Source: Terriglobales bacterium
GTDB lineage: Bacteria > Acidobacteriota > Terriglobia > Terriglobales > Acidobacteriaceae
Direction: 5' to 3'
NCBI GenBank assembly: GCA_035651995.1
Contig: DASRER010000008.1
Location: forward strand, 4,065-68,064
Length of the DNA: 64,000 nt
A program made the position numbers and the translations under genes. The notes beneath the pieces were generated by a model. That model was not told where the DNA came from. It did no database searches and worked only from the letters and a program-made list of their open reading frames with translations. Below are positions 47,058-57,515 of this stretch, piece by piece (position 1 is the first letter of the stretch; each line of letters begins with the position of its first letter).

Positions 47058-47993
47058 GTGATGAAGCGCATGGTATGGACGGCAGTTCTGTTGGCCATGG
47101 CGGCGGCGCCGGTCTGGAGCGCTTCGCTGGGCTCCTCGGCGCGCACCATCATCCCGAGCGAAGTGCAACAGATCATCTCGGTGGACTACCGCGCGCTGCG
47201 CTCCTCGTCGACGGCGATGGCGCTGAAAGAGCGTGTCCTGCCCGAGAACCTGAAGCAGTTCGAGACCGCGCTGCGCGGCATGGGACTCGACCTGGACCAG
47301 GACGTGGACCAGCTCGACTTCATCTCGTTCCGCGACGGCTCGACGCTGCACACCATCGGCATCGCGCAGGGGCAATTCCCGACCACGCAGTTTGCGCGCC
47401 GCATGGCAGTGCGCAAGGTGAAACCGGCGAAGTACCGCCTGGCGGACCTTTATCCTGCCGCCAGCGGCATGCAGATGACGTTCCTTGATCCGGCCACCAT
47501 GCTGTTCGGCGACGCGGCCTCGGTGAAGCTCGCGCTCGACACGCGCGATGGCGAACTACCCAGCCTCAACACCAACTCGCGCATTGCCGACCTCATGGGC
47601 GGCATCGAGGACGGCACGGTGTGGAGCGTGCTCGACGCCAACGGCACTCAGAACATGATGCGCTCGGCGCTGGGCGACGCCTCGCGGCTCGCCGATTACG
47701 ACACCGTGAAGAAACGCCTGGTCGGCTCGCGCTACACCATGAACTTCAGCGGCGGCGTGAATCTCGACCTGGACGTTTTCACCAGCGACTCGTTCACCGC
47801 CGGCGCGCTTTCGTCGCTGGTGAAGGCGGGAGTGCTCTACCGGAAGCTTTCAGCGACGGGCGTCGAAAAAGTGGCGCTCGACAGCGTGACCGTGAACAAC
47901 GACAGCGACAAGCTGCGCCTGCGCTTCAAGACCGACGACAGCCGGTTCGAGTCGCTGCTCAAGTCGGATTTGTTCGCGGCTGTTTCGAAGTAA
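47058..47993 (+). CDS. secreted hypothetical protein
   Basis: 311 aa. Signal peptide MKRMVWTAVLLAMAAAPVWSAS. No recognisable catalytic motif. Confidence 0.55.
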   Translation: MMKRMVWTAVLLAMAAAPVWSASLGSSARTIIPSEVQQIISVDYRALRSSSTAMALKERVLPENLKQFETALRGMGLDLDQDVDQLDFISFRDGSTLHTIGIAQGQFPTTQFARRMAVRKVKPAKYRLADLYPAASGMQMTFLDPATMLFGDAASVKLALDTRDGELPSLNTNSRIADLMGGIEDGTVWSVLDANGTQNMMRSALGDASRLADYDTVKKRLVGSRYTMNFSGGVNLDLDVFTSDSFTAGALSSLVKAGVLYRKLSATGVEKVALDSVTVNNDSDKLRLRFKTDDSRFESLLKSDLFAAVSK

Positions 47994-48098
47994 CAACCCT
48001 GCTCTGGAGAGAGGAATGGAAACATTCATAGAGATAACAATTATTATCCTCTGATAATACTTATCTTCTAATAACTGCTACATTCTTCGTCCTGCTCA

Positions 48099-49355
48099 CT
48101 ACTCCGCACGCAACGCGTCCACCGGATCGAGTTGCGCCGCCTTCCATGCGGGAATGATGCCGGAAGCCACGCCGACCGCGCTCAGAATCATTGTAGAAAT
48201 AAGCATGATCATGGGCGATGCACGCAGGAAAATGTCGCCTTCGTGGTTGGCGGTCTTGAACTGCTCGGAGTAGAGCGGCATCGGCGGTATGGCATAAGCG
48301 AGAATCACAGCCAGCAGCAGCCCGCCCATGCCGGCCGCGAAGGTAAGGGTGAACGACTCGACCAGGAATTGGGCGAGCAGATCGCGGCGGCGCGCGCCCA
48401 GCGCCTTGCGCAAGCCGATTTCGCGAACGCGCTCGGTCACCGAAACGAGCATGATGTTCATCACGCCGATCCCGCCCACGCCGAGCGTGAAGGCGCCGAT
48501 CAGCCCGAGCAGCGCGTCGAGCGCGAGGTTGAACTGCTGCATTTCCTGCGCATTTTCCACCGTGTCCCAGTCGGGCGTCGCTTTGTCGTCGCGGGGATCG
48601 AATTGGTGCCGGCGGGCGATGACGGCGCGCACCGCCTCCAGCGCCCGCTTGTGCTGGTCGGGCGCGACCGGCTGGAAGACGATCATGTCGGGATCGCGCG
48701 CGTTGGTCACTTCGCGGTAGGTCTCGAAGGGCAGGAACGCGTTCCAGTTGTCAGGTCCGTTGTTGGATGAGTCCTGGATTTTCAGCCGCAAAACGCCGAT
48801 CACGGTGAACGACTGACCGCGCAGCGTGACCTGCTGGCCCACCGGCGGCAAGCCGCTGAAGATCTGCCTGGCCGCCTGCTGACCAAGAATCATCACCCGG
48901 CGGTGCTCGACGAAGTCGCCTTCTTCGAAGTAGCGGCCGTCTTCGACCTCGAGCCGGCGCATGCTGCCGTACGGAAGCTGGATGGCCTTGGTGGAGATCG
49001 AAATCACTTTGTTGCCGTACTTGTAGCCGAGCACGTCGTCGGTTTCGGCGCTGACCGCCTTCACGATCGGCACCTCGTCGCGAACCGCCTGCACGTCTTC
49101 GTACTTGAAGCGGACGCGGCGGCCGGCGCGCTGCCCCCCGGCGTGCATGCTGGTCTGCCCGCCCCAGATCATGACCACGTTGTTCCCGATCCCGAGAAAG
49201 GCCTGCAGCACGCTCTTGCCCACTCCTTCGCCGTAGGCCAGCAGCAGCACCACCGTGACCAGTCCCCAGGCGATGCCCAGCATGGTGAGCAGCGAGCGCA
49301 TGCGGTTGCGCGTGAGCGCTTCCAGCGCCTGCAGCATGGCCTCGCGCAGCTGCAT
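48099..49355 (-). CDS. MacB-type ABC transporter permease (MacB periplasmic domain + FtsX)
   Basis: The likely start is ATG 49355 (MQLREAMLQALEALTRNRMRSLLTMLGIAWG), 418 aa. The C-terminus has the FtsX signature IGLRKALGARRRDLLAQFLVES. The start overlaps the upstream stop (TAATG). Confidence 0.8.
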   Translation of the reverse strand: MQLREAMLQALEALTRNRMRSLLTMLGIAWGLVTVVLLLAYGEGVGKSVLQAFLGIGNNVVMIWGGQTSMHAGGQRAGRRVRFKYEDVQAVRDEVPIVKAVSAETDDVLGYKYGNKVISISTKAIQLPYGSMRRLEVEDGRYFEEGDFVEHRRVMILGQQAARQIFSGLPPVGQQVTLRGQSFTVIGVLRLKIQDSSNNGPDNWNAFLPFETYREVTNARDPDMIVFQPVAPDQHKRALEAVRAVIARRHQFDPRDDKATPDWDTVENAQEMQQFNLALDALLGLIGAFTLGVGGIGVMNIMLVSVTERVREIGLRKALGARRRDLLAQFLVESFTLTFAAGMGGLLLAVILAYAIPPMPLYSEQFKTANHEGDIFLRASPMIMLISTMILSAVGVASGIIPAWKAAQLDPVDALRAE

Positions 49356-50611
49356 TACTCGTGCCTCAGCGCCTGGATGGGGGTGAGCGCCGCGGCGCGT
49401 TCGGCGGGATACATCCCGGCGAAGATGGCGATGGCCGAGAGCGTAGCCAGCGATGCCACGATCGCCGTCGTCGAGACGGCGGGCTGCGGGATGAAGTCGG
49501 GCAGCGGTACTGAGCGCATGACCAGACACAACCCGATTCCCAGCGCAAAGCCGAGCGCGCCGCTGATGGCCGTGAGCGTGACGGCTTCGGCGAGGAAATG
49601 TTTGCGGATATCGCCGCGGGTGGCGCCGATGGCCTTGCGCACGCCGATTTCGCGCGTGCGCTCGGTGACGGTGACCAGCATGATGTTCATCACGCCGATG
49701 CCGCCCAGCGCCAGCGTCATCACCGCAACGCAGCCGAAGAAGAGGGTCATCACGCTGAAGATGCGCGCGGTCAGCTTGGAGCCGGCGAGCGTGTCCCACA
49801 CAAAGAGCGCGTCTTTATCGTGCGGCTCGAAGTGGTGCGCCTGGCTGAGCACGCGGTAAACCTGCTTCATCGCTTCTTCGTGCTGCTCGGGGTCGGCAAC
49901 CTCCACCACGATGTTGTTGATCCAGCCGCGCGTGATGCCCGGGCGCTCCGGCGGCGGATAATCGCGCGCCATCGCCGAGTACGGCGCGAACAACTGCGTG
50001 TTATCGGGGCCGGAGCCGTAGCTGCCGTTCTGCTTCTTTTTTTCCAGCACGCCGATCACGCTGTAGGGCTGGCCGTTCATCATCAGCGTCTCGCCCACGG
50101 CGGGTTTGCCGGGGAAGAGCTGATTGCGCGCCTCCCAGCCGAGCAGGACCACGCGGCGCGCCTGGGCCTCGTCTTCGTCGTTCATCAGGCGGCCCTCGCT
50201 CACGCTGAGCGAGCGGAAGCGCTGATACTCGGGCCACACGCCGCGCACGGGCCGATTCGCGGCATTGTAGCGGCTGACTTCGGGCACGGAGCGGCGCAGC
50301 TCCGGGCTCACCGTCTTGATGAGCGAGCAGCGTTCTTTGATCAGGTAGGCGTCGTTGATGCTCAGCCGGACGGGGCGGCCCGCCGCGTATCCGCCCGCCT
50401 GCGAGCTGGTGCGTCCGCCCCAGACGATAGCGATGTCGGTGCCGATCGAGCGCATGCGCTTTTTCTGGTCGAGATTGAAGCCGATGCCGAGCCCGACCAG
50501 CAGGATCACCGACGTAATGCCCCACACAATCCCCGCCATGGTGAGCACGCTCCGCAGCTTGTGCGCGGAGATGGAAGCCAGCGTCTGGCGCAGGATTTCA
50601 GCAAAGTTCAT
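49355..50611 (-). CDS. MacB-type ABC transporter permease, paralogue
   Basis: 418 aa. MNFAEILRQTLASISAHKLRSVLTMAGIVWG ... IGVRKAIGATRGDIRKHFLAEA. Confidence 0.8.
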   Translation of the reverse strand: MNFAEILRQTLASISAHKLRSVLTMAGIVWGITSVILLVGLGIGFNLDQKKRMRSIGTDIAIVWGGRTSSQAGGYAAGRPVRLSINDAYLIKERCSLIKTVSPELRRSVPEVSRYNAANRPVRGVWPEYQRFRSLSVSEGRLMNDEDEAQARRVVLLGWEARNQLFPGKPAVGETLMMNGQPYSVIGVLEKKKQNGSYGSGPDNTQLFAPYSAMARDYPPPERPGITRGWINNIVVEVADPEQHEEAMKQVYRVLSQAHHFEPHDKDALFVWDTLAGSKLTARIFSVMTLFFGCVAVMTLALGGIGVMNIMLVTVTERTREIGVRKAIGATRGDIRKHFLAEAVTLTAISGALGFALGIGLCLVMRSVPLPDFIPQPAVSTTAIVASLATLSAIAIFAGMYPAERAAALTPIQALRHE

Positions 50612-50662
50612 GTCAGGCTGACGTTCGCCGGCGTCGTCAGATGGACGGCCGGCGCAATGTAC

Positions 50663-50705
50663 GGTTAGCAGAGCAGGACAGTTCTCAGTTGCCGGTTGTC
50701 ACTTG
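50663..50705. repeat. about 42-nt dispersed element (copy 2) 52-95 nt upstream of the minus-strand permease operon
   Basis: See copy 1 at 30808-30849. It has the same orientation and a similar distance to a minus-strand start codon. Confidence 0.55.
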
Positions 50706-51188
50706 AATTCGGACGGTTGGAAGCTCGGTTGAAGATGAGCGGGGAGGTCGGCGCACCGAGTGTTAGGCCGAAAGCCGGCGGCCGAGGGCCGAGGGCGCTT
50801 TCTCAAAACAAAAAGCAAAGGAGCGCTCAAGAATAACCTCTGGCCGAAGTACTCTCGAGAGCGCTCCCTTGCGCGCCACTTCGTCTGGCCGTCTAAAGAG
50901 CAACGGTCATGCCATCGTCTGAGCTGTGTTCCGCATTGAAAACACGGCACTTATTCAGCATCAACCCGGGTTGCGCAGAAGCCCGCGAGTAGGAATTTCA
51001 GGCGCGGGGAAAGATTTACGTGAAAGCGGAATTGATGGTCCTTCCCCCTGAAGCGGCTGGCTGATGAGAATAATCACCGGGCCCGAATCGCGCTGATCGC
51101 AATCGGCCTCACCGCATCGGTAAGGGCAATCAGTTTCGCCTCATCCGCGATGATGGCTGGGGCACCGGTTGTGCAGATGATGAAGGAA

Positions 51189-51265
51189 TGGCGCGCCCTG
51201 AGAGATTCGAACTCCCGACCTTCTGGTTCGTAGCCAGACGCTCTATCCAACTGAGCTAAGGGCGC
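51189..51265 (-). tRNA. tRNA-Arg (anticodon ACG)
   Basis: The reverse complement reads GCGCCCTTAGCTCAGTTGGATAGAGCGTCTGGCTACGAACCAGAAGGTCGGGAGTTCGAATCTCTCAGGGCGCGCCA. It has a 7-bp acceptor stem, a CT-ACG-AA anticodon loop, a TTCGAAT T-loop and an encoded CCA. Confidence 0.93.
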
Positions 51266-51339
51266 GCTGCAACCGCGGCGGAAACACTTGATTATAACAA
51301 ACGTTGCCGCACGCCCTCGCTGAAGCCGGGAGCGGGGAC

Positions 51340-51567
51340 CTACACCAGCGCCACTCTCTCGCGCAGGTCCACGCCCGCGCCGCGCAGCAGGGCGGCGATT
51401 GAGTCGGCGCTGAGGCGGCTGGCGTCGAATTCCACGCGGATGGTGCGGCGCTGCTCGTCGAAGACGAGGCGGCGCACGCCGTAGACTTCGCGCACGCCGT
51501 CGAGCGCGCGCATTTGCGGCTCGTCGGGCGGGACGCCGTAGCGGAACATCACGTCGAGCGTCGTCAT
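51340..51567 (-). CDS. small hypothetical protein (75 aa), divergent from copA
   Basis: Starts at ATG 51567. MTTLDVMFRYGVPPDEPQMRALDGVREVYGVRRLVFDEQRRTIRVEFDASRLSADSIAALLRGAGV has a beta-alpha-beta-like pattern and no Cys. The longer ORF upstream is compositional noise. Confidence 0.4.
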   Translation of the reverse strand: MTTLDVMFRYGVPPDEPQMRALDGVREVYGVRRLVFDEQRRTIRVEFDASRLSADSIAALLRGAGVDLRERVALV

Positions 51568-51696
51568 GTGGGAAAGTGCGGCCGATGAATCTCGCCGCGG
51601 CTGCCTCGAATCTACTACAGTGGTCCGCGGCTGTGAACCAAAACCGGCCCACGGCGGAGATCGTGGAGAACGCCGAGCACCAGGATTCATAAAACT

Positions 51697-54210
51697 ATGG
51701 AGCATCATCACCACATCGCGGAGCACGGAGGCGCGGCGGGGCCGGAACGACAGACCGACCCGGTGTGCGGCATGAAGGTCGCGCCCGAGCGCGCCGCGGC
51801 GACCGTTGAGCACGCCGGCACGACGTACTACTTCTGCGCGAAAAGCTGCGCGCAGAAATTCCAGGCAGATCCGCAAAAATATCTCGCGCCGAAGCCCTTC
51901 GGGCCGCAGTTGGTAGCGCTCGGCGCTGCGAAGCCGAAGCCATCAGCGCCGGAAGCGCCGGCGGCGCCTGGCGTTGCTTACGTCTGCCCCATGGATCCGG
52001 AGGTCCGCGAGCCGCGGCTGGGCGCATGTCCCCGGTGCGGCATGGCGCTCGAGCCGGAGATGCCGGTGGCAGCCGCCGAGCGCACTGAGTACACCTGCCC
52101 GATGCATCCGGAGATCGTGCGCGCGGAGCCGGGATTCTGCCCGATCTGCGGGATGGCGCTGGAGCCGAGAACGATCGCCGCGGCCGCCGAAGAAAATCCC
52201 GAGCTGCGCGACATGACGCGCCGCTTCTGGGTGGCGGTCGCGCTGGCCACGCCGGCGGTGCTGCTGGGCATGTCGGACCTGATCCCCGGGCAGCCGCTCC
52301 AACACCTATTCGGCATGCGCGCGATCGGATGGATACAGCTGGTGCTCTCCACGCCGGTCGTGCTCTTGGCGGGCGCGCCGTTCTTCGAGCGCGGCTGGGC
52401 GTCGGTCCGGAACCGCAGCGCCAACATGTTCACGCTCATCGCCATGGGCACAGGCGTGGCGTACGCGTACAGCGCGGTTGCAGTGCTCGCGCCGCAGATC
52501 TTTCCACCCGCGTTCCGCGAAAACGGCACGGCGCCGGTGTACTTCGAGGTCGCCGCGGCGATCACCGCTCTTGTGCTGCTGGGGCAAGTGCTGGAATTGC
52601 GCGCACGCAGCCAAACCTCGAGCGCCATCCGCGCGCTGCTCGACCTGGCGCCGAAGACCGCGCGGGTTTTGCGTGATGACGGCGGCGAGCAGGACATTCC
52701 GCTTGCGCAGGTGGTGAAGGGCGACCGGCTGCGCGTGCGTCCCGGCGAAAAGATTCCGGTGGATGGCGTGGTGCTCGAGGGCGCGAGCGCGGTGGACGAA
52801 TCCATGATCACGGGCGAGTCCGTCCCGGTGGACAAAGGTCCGGGCGACAAGGTGGTGGGCGGGACGCTGAACGGTTGGGGCGCGCTCCTCATGCGCGCCG
52901 AGCGCGTGGGCAGCGAGACGCTGCTGGCGCAGATCGTGCGGCTGGTGGCGCAGGCGCAGCGCAGCCGCGCTCCGATCCAGCGGCTGGCCGACCGCATCAG
53001 CGCGTGGTTCGTGCCGGCGGTGATCGTCATCGCGGCGCTGAGCTTTGCCGGCTGGATGCTCTGGGGGCCCGAGCCACGCTTGGCGCACGCGCTGGTCGGC
53101 GCCGTCGCCGTGCTGATCATTGCGTGTCCGTGCGCTTTGGGATTGGCCACGCCGATGGCCATCATGGTGGCGACCGGGCGCGGCGCCTCAGCCGGAGTGC
53201 TGATCAAGAACGCCGAGGCGCTGGAGCGCTTCGAGAAAGTGGACACGCTGGTTGTCGACAAGACGGGAACGCTCACCGAAGGCAAGCCGCGCCTGGTTTC
53301 AGTAATCGCGGCGGCGGACCAGGACGAGAGGGAACTGCTGCGCCTCGCCGCCAGCCTGGAGCGCAACAGCGAGCACCCCCTCGCCGGCGCCGTGGTTGCC
53401 GGCGCGCGCGAGCGCGGCGCCGAGCTGGCGGAGCCCGAGCGCTTCGAATCGCTCACTGGACGCGGCGTGACCGGCCGCGTACTCGGCAGGGAAGTAATGG
53501 TTGGCAAGCAGGAAATGATCTCCGCGACCGTCGCAGGCGCGACGGCGCTGCTGCGGCGCGCTGAAGAACTGCGCCGCGAAGGCCAGACGGTGATCTTCGT
53601 CGCCGTGGATGGCCGTCCTGCCGGACTGCTCGGGCTGGCCGATACGCTGAAGCCCTCCGCCGCCGAAGCAGTCCGCGCGCTGCGCGCCGAAGGCATGCGC
53701 CTGGTGATGCTCACCGGCGACAACAGCACCACGGCCGCCGCCGTGGCGCGTTCGCTCGGCCTGGGCAACGGCGAATTCCAGGCGGAAGTCGCGCCCGATC
53801 AGAAGGCGGCCGCAGTGAAGCGACTTCAGGAGCAGGGCCGGCGCGTTGCCATGGCGGGCGACGGCATCAACGACGCGCCCGCGCTGGCGCAGGCCGATGT
53901 GGGCATCGCCATGGGCACCGGCGCCGACGTGGCCATCGAGAGCGCCGACATCACGCTTCTCAAGGGAGACCTGCGCGGCACGGTGCGCGCGCGCCGCCTC
54001 AGCCGCGCGACCATGCGCAACATCCGCCAGAACCTTTTCTTCGCGTTCGCTTACAACGCGCTTGGCGTGCCCGTCGCCGCCGGAGTGCTGTATCCCTTCT
54101 TCGGACTTCTGCTCAGCCCGATCCTGGCGGCGGCGGCCATGAGCTTCAGCTCGGTTTCGGTGATCTCGAACTCGCTGCGGTTGAGAAAGGCAAATCTGGC
54201 CACCGATTGA
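51697..54210 (+). CDS. copA: copper/silver-translocating P1B-type ATPase with TRASH/YHS and two CPxxPE...CPxCGM N-terminal metal-binding modules
   Basis: 837 aa. DPVCGMKV...[20 protein letters not shown]...[10 protein letters not shown] and YTCPMHPEI...[10 protein letters not shown] at the N-terminus. Then TGES, CPC ([13 protein letters not shown]), DKTGTLT and [10 protein letters not shown]. Confidence 0.9.
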   Translation: MEHHHHIAEHGGAAGPERQTDPVCGMKVAPERAAATVEHAGTTYYFCAKSCAQKFQADPQKYLAPKPFGPQLVALGAAKPKPSAPEAPAAPGVAYVCPMDPEVREPRLGACPRCGMALEPEMPVAAAERTEYTCPMHPEIVRAEPGFCPICGMALEPRTIAAAAEENPELRDMTRRFWVAVALATPAVLLGMSDLIPGQPLQHLFGMRAIGWIQLVLSTPVVLLAGAPFFERGWASVRNRSANMFTLIAMGTGVAYAYSAVAVLAPQIFPPAFRENGTAPVYFEVAAAITALVLLGQVLELRARSQTSSAIRALLDLAPKTARVLRDDGGEQDIPLAQVVKGDRLRVRPGEKIPVDGVVLEGASAVDESMITGESVPVDKGPGDKVVGGTLNGWGALLMRAERVGSETLLAQIVRLVAQAQRSRAPIQRLADRISAWFVPAVIVIAALSFAGWMLWGPEPRLAHALVGAVAVLIIACPCALGLATPMAIMVATGRGASAGVLIKNAEALERFEKVDTLVVDKTGTLTEGKPRLVSVIAAADQDERELLRLAASLERNSEHPLAGAVVAGARERGAELAEPERFESLTGRGVTGRVLGREVMVGKQEMISATVAGATALLRRAEELRREGQTVIFVAVDGRPAGLLGLADTLKPSAAEAVRALRAEGMRLVMLTGDNSTTAAAVARSLGLGNGEFQAEVAPDQKAAAVKRLQEQGRRVAMAGDGINDAPALAQADVGIAMGTGADVAIESADITLLKGDLRGTVRARRLSRATMRNIRQNLFFAFAYNALGVPVAAGVLYPFFGLLLSPILAAAAMSFSSVSVISNSLRLRKANLATD

Positions 54211-54285
54211 CACGGACTTTCACCGATCAACCCCAAGCTCTTTCTGAGTTGTCTTGAAACGCGCGTTTTTGATCCGTGAAGATCT

Positions 54286-57200
54286 GTGAAAATGGGTGGC
54301 AATCGAGTCCCCGCGATCTCTGCGTACTCTGCGGTGAGAGTTTTTCCCGGTGCTATCCTTGGACCGGCCCGCACCGTGTCCACCATTAACCCAGCGCAAC
54401 TGTCGCCGGAGGCAATGCATGGCGTGGTTTTTCGCGACGCCGAGCGGGCGCGGCAGAACCTCGCCCGGGTGGCCGAGTGCGCGCCGGCGGGAGTGCTGGG
54501 GCCGTTGCCCAACCTGCTGGCCGAGTCGCCCGACGCCGACAGCGCGCTGAACGGCTTCGAGCGCCTGTGCTCCACCGCAGCGCCCGACCTGCTGGCGCTG
54601 CTGGAGCGGCATCCGTTCCTGGTGCACTACGCGCTGACGGTGTTCGGCTTCAGCCCCTATTTAGGCGACACGCTGCTGCAGAATCCCGATCTGTTCCAGA
54701 TGCTGCTGCGCGACAAGGGCTTCGGACGCTCGCACGGCGTGGATGACTTTCGCGAATCGCTGGCGCGGTTCCGCTCGCGCTCGCTCGATGCCGATCTGTC
54801 GCTGCTGCTGGCGCGCTTCAAGCGGCGCGAGTATGTCCGCATCATGCTGCGCGATGTGCTCGGCATCTCAACGCTCGCGGAGACCACCAGCGAAATTTCC
54901 GCGCTTTCGGACGTGCTTATCGCCGAGGCGCTGCGCGAGGCGCAGCATCAGCTGCGCGCGCGCTTCGGCGCGCCGCGCCTGCAGGATGCCGCCGGGCGCT
55001 GGATCGAGCCGGCCGTGGCCGTCCTGTCGCTCGGCAAGCTGGGTGGCAATGAGCTGAACTACAGCTCCGACGTGGACCTGTTGTTCCTCTACGGGGACGC
55101 GGGTGTCGCCGAGGGCGGCGGCGCGATCTCCAATCGCGAGTACTTCATCCGGCTGGCCCAGCAGGTCACCGAGATTCTTTCGCGGGTCACCGGCGAGGGC
55201 CCGGTGTTTCGCATTGACCTGCGGCTGCGTCCCCAGGGCGGCGAAGGCGAGCCGGCGGTGGGGCTCAGGCACGCGCTCGACTACTACACGCGCGTGGCAC
55301 ACGACTGGGAGTTGCAGGCGCTCATCAAGGCGCGGCACTCGGCCGGCGACCTGGAGCTGACGCGCGAATTCCTGCGCGGCATCGAGCCGCTGGTGTACGT
55401 GGGCGCACAGCCGGACGCGAGCCCGGCCGGCCCGGTTCAGCAGCGGCTGAATTTTCCCGCCATCGAGACCGCGCTCGCTTCGCGGCAGAAGATTTCTGAC
55501 AAGCGGCGCCCGCGCAGCGCCGCCGGCGGGCTCGACGTGAAGCTCGACCGCGGCGGCATCCGCGACATCGAGTTCCTGGTGCAGTGCCTGCAACGCGTCT
55601 ACGGCGGCGCTGAGCCCTGGCTGCGCTCCGGCGGCACGCTGTTTTCGCTGCAAAAGCTGCACGACAAAGGGCATCTCAGCGGCAAGGACTTCCACGAACT
55701 GAGCAACGCCTACGAGTTCCTGCGGCAGATCGAGCATCGGCTGCAATTGCGCCGCGGCCAGCAGACGCATCGGCTGCCGGACGCCGAAGAAGATCTGGTC
55801 GTGCTCGGGCGCTCGCTGGGCGGCGATCCCGGGCAATCGCGTTCGCCCGATCAGATTGCCGCCGCCGTCCGCGACCGCATGGCGGCGGTGGCGGAGATCT
55901 ACAACCGCATCATCCATCGGCAGCAGGTGCAGCAGACCCGCGTCGTCGCGCCGGAGAAAGGCTTTCGCCTCCGCGGCACGCAAGCGGAAATCGGCAGCGA
56001 CCACTCGTATCAGCAGATGCTGGAGCGGCTGGCGGCCGATTCGCCCGCGCTGCACGCGCTGGCCTCGCGTCCTGACCTCTCGACGCTGGCCCGGCGCAAC
56101 CTGCATCGCTTCTTCAGCTCAGCCTTCACCGGCTCGGAGCGATACGCCGCGGTGGCGCGGCATCCTGACGCGGTTGAACGCGCGCTGCTGCTGTTTGAAG
56201 TTTCGGAATTTCTGACCGACGTGCTGGTGCGGCATCCCGAAGAGGTAGCGCTGCTGGAAGGCATGCCGCGCAAGCTGGGATGGCGTCCGGCGGCGCTGTT
56301 TGGCGGCGTTCCGCTCGCGTCCGCCGAGGGACACGATGCGGTGCTCGAGTATCTGGGCGCGGCCGCGCTGCCGTACGGAGAAAAGCTGGCGCTGCTGCGT
56401 GAACGCTACCGGCAGCGGGTGTTCGCTTCGTCGGCGCGCGACCTGGCGGAGTTGCGCAACGTGTACGACTCGCTCGCCGACGCCAGCGACGCCGCCGACG
56501 CCGCCATTCGCGCCGCGCTGGCCGTGGCCGATGCGCCTCCCGGCATGGTGGTGATGGCGCTGGGGCGGCTGGGCACGCACGAGTTCGATGTTGGCAGCGA
56601 TGCGGACCTGCTTTTCCTGCGCGACGAAAACACGGCGCCGGCTGACGCCACGCGCGCGGCCGAACGTCTGACGGAAACGCTGGCCGCCTACACGCGCGAG
56701 GGCACCGTTTTTGCGGTGGACTCGCGGCTGCGTCCGCATGGCGGCGAGGGCGAACTGGTGATCACGCCGGCGCAGCTTGCCGCGTACTTTGGCGGCGAAG
56801 CGCAACCCTGGGAGGCGCTGACGTACAGCAAGCTGCGTTACGTAGCGGGATCGCGCGATCTCGGCGACGCCGCGCTGGGCGCCGTGCGCTCGCATCTTCC
56901 GCGCTTCCGCGACGATGCCGGTTTGGCGGCGTCGCTGGTGGCCATGCGCACGCGCCTGGAGCGCGAGTCGGGCGGCGACAACTTCAAGACCCAGGCGGGC
57001 GGCTTCTACGATGTGGACTTCATCTGCGGTTACCTGCTCGTCCGCCAGGGACAGGAGCAGCCGCGCGGTAACGTCCGTCAAACGCTCGACGAGCTGCGCC
57101 GGCGTCGCGCGCTCCCACAAAATGACTGCACCGTGCTCGACCGTGCCGCCGAACTGCTGCGCGCGGTAGAGCACGTGGTCCGGCTGGTGCAGGGACGCGC

Positions 57201-57354
57201 GCGAAAGTCGCTGCCCGCCGCCGAACACGCGCGCCAAACCGTGGAGCGGCTCACGTCGCAGATCCTGAACCGCCAGTTCGTCAAAGGGCTTGAAGCGGAG
57301 ATGGCGCAGGAGCGCACCCGCGTGCGGAAGGTGTTTGAGCGAGTCATGAAATGA
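54286..57354 (+). CDS. glnE: bifunctional glutamine synthetase adenylyltransferase/adenylyl-removing enzyme
   Basis: Two nucleotidyltransferase halves (GKLGGNELNYSSDVDLLFLY and LGRLGTHEFDVGSDADLLFL), each followed by a GlnE helical domain. The true start may be ATG 54415 (MHGVVFRDAERA). Confidence 0.9.
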   Translation: MKMGGNRVPAISAYSAVRVFPGAILGPARTVSTINPAQLSPEAMHGVVFRDAERARQNLARVAECAPAGVLGPLPNLLAESPDADSALNGFERLCSTAAPDLLALLERHPFLVHYALTVFGFSPYLGDTLLQNPDLFQMLLRDKGFGRSHGVDDFRESLARFRSRSLDADLSLLLARFKRREYVRIMLRDVLGISTLAETTSEISALSDVLIAEALREAQHQLRARFGAPRLQDAAGRWIEPAVAVLSLGKLGGNELNYSSDVDLLFLYGDAGVAEGGGAISNREYFIRLAQQVTEILSRVTGEGPVFRIDLRLRPQGGEGEPAVGLRHALDYYTRVAHDWELQALIKARHSAGDLELTREFLRGIEPLVYVGAQPDASPAGPVQQRLNFPAIETALASRQKISDKRRPRSAAGGLDVKLDRGGIRDIEFLVQCLQRVYGGAEPWLRSGGTLFSLQKLHDKGHLSGKDFHELSNAYEFLRQIEHRLQLRRGQQTHRLPDAEEDLVVLGRSLGGDPGQSRSPDQIAAAVRDRMAAVAEIYNRIIHRQQVQQTRVVAPEKGFRLRGTQAEIGSDHSYQQMLERLAADSPALHALASRPDLSTLARRNLHRFFSSAFTGSERYAAVARHPDAVERALLLFEVSEFLTDVLVRHPEEVALLEGMPRKLGWRPAALFGGVPLASAEGHDAVLEYLGAAALPYGEKLALLRERYRQRVFASSARDLAELRNVYDSLADASDAADAAIRAALAVADAPPGMVVMALGRLGTHEFDVGSDADLLFLRDENTAPADATRAAERLTETLAAYTREGTVFAVDSRLRPHGGEGELVITPAQLAAYFGGEAQPWEALTYSKLRYVAGSRDLGDAALGAVRSHLPRFRDDAGLAASLVAMRTRLERESGGDNFKTQAGGFYDVDFICGYLLVRQGQEQPRGNVRQTLDELRRRRALPQNDCTVLDRAAELLRAVEHVVRLVQGRARKSLPAAEHARQTVERLTSQILNRQFVKGLEAEMAQERTRVRKVFERVMK

Positions 57355-57457
57355 TGGAAGGCGCTCTTGGCGATTCGCCGCGACTTTAGCTAAACGCGCG
57401 AAGACCAGATCAAGCCAAGCGCGGCGGAAAGCAGGGAGCGGGGAGCGGGCAGCAGTT

Positions 57458-57463
57458 TATAAT
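57458..57463 (+). promoter_or_regulatory. candidate -10 box for icd
   Basis: A perfect TATAAT 52 nt upstream of ATG 57516, in a GC-rich spacer. No convincing -35 element. Confidence 0.25.
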
Positions 57464-57515
57464 CACTCGTTTTCTTCTGCGCACGCGCGCATCGCACATT
57501 GTGGGAGGCCCTCGA

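Noticed and set aside
51074-51652. 192-aa minus-strand ORF overlapping tRNA-Arg
   Set aside because: It reads straight through the tRNA gene; the peptide ...GYEPEGREFESLRAR... is the usual translation of a T-arm. The composition is otherwise junk.
51978-53768. 596-aa minus-strand ORF inside copA; similar long antisense or alternate-frame ORFs at 5624..6880, 11026..12015, 15079..15882, 18178..19044, 34501..35766, 38481..39473, 56119..57237 and 57390..58463
   Set aside because: All are antisense to genes with unambiguous family motifs (P-type ATPase, TonB receptor, aldolase, FG-GAP, NHL, DHS, GlnA, GlnE, IDH). Their translations are Arg/Ala/Pro/Ser-rich and featureless.
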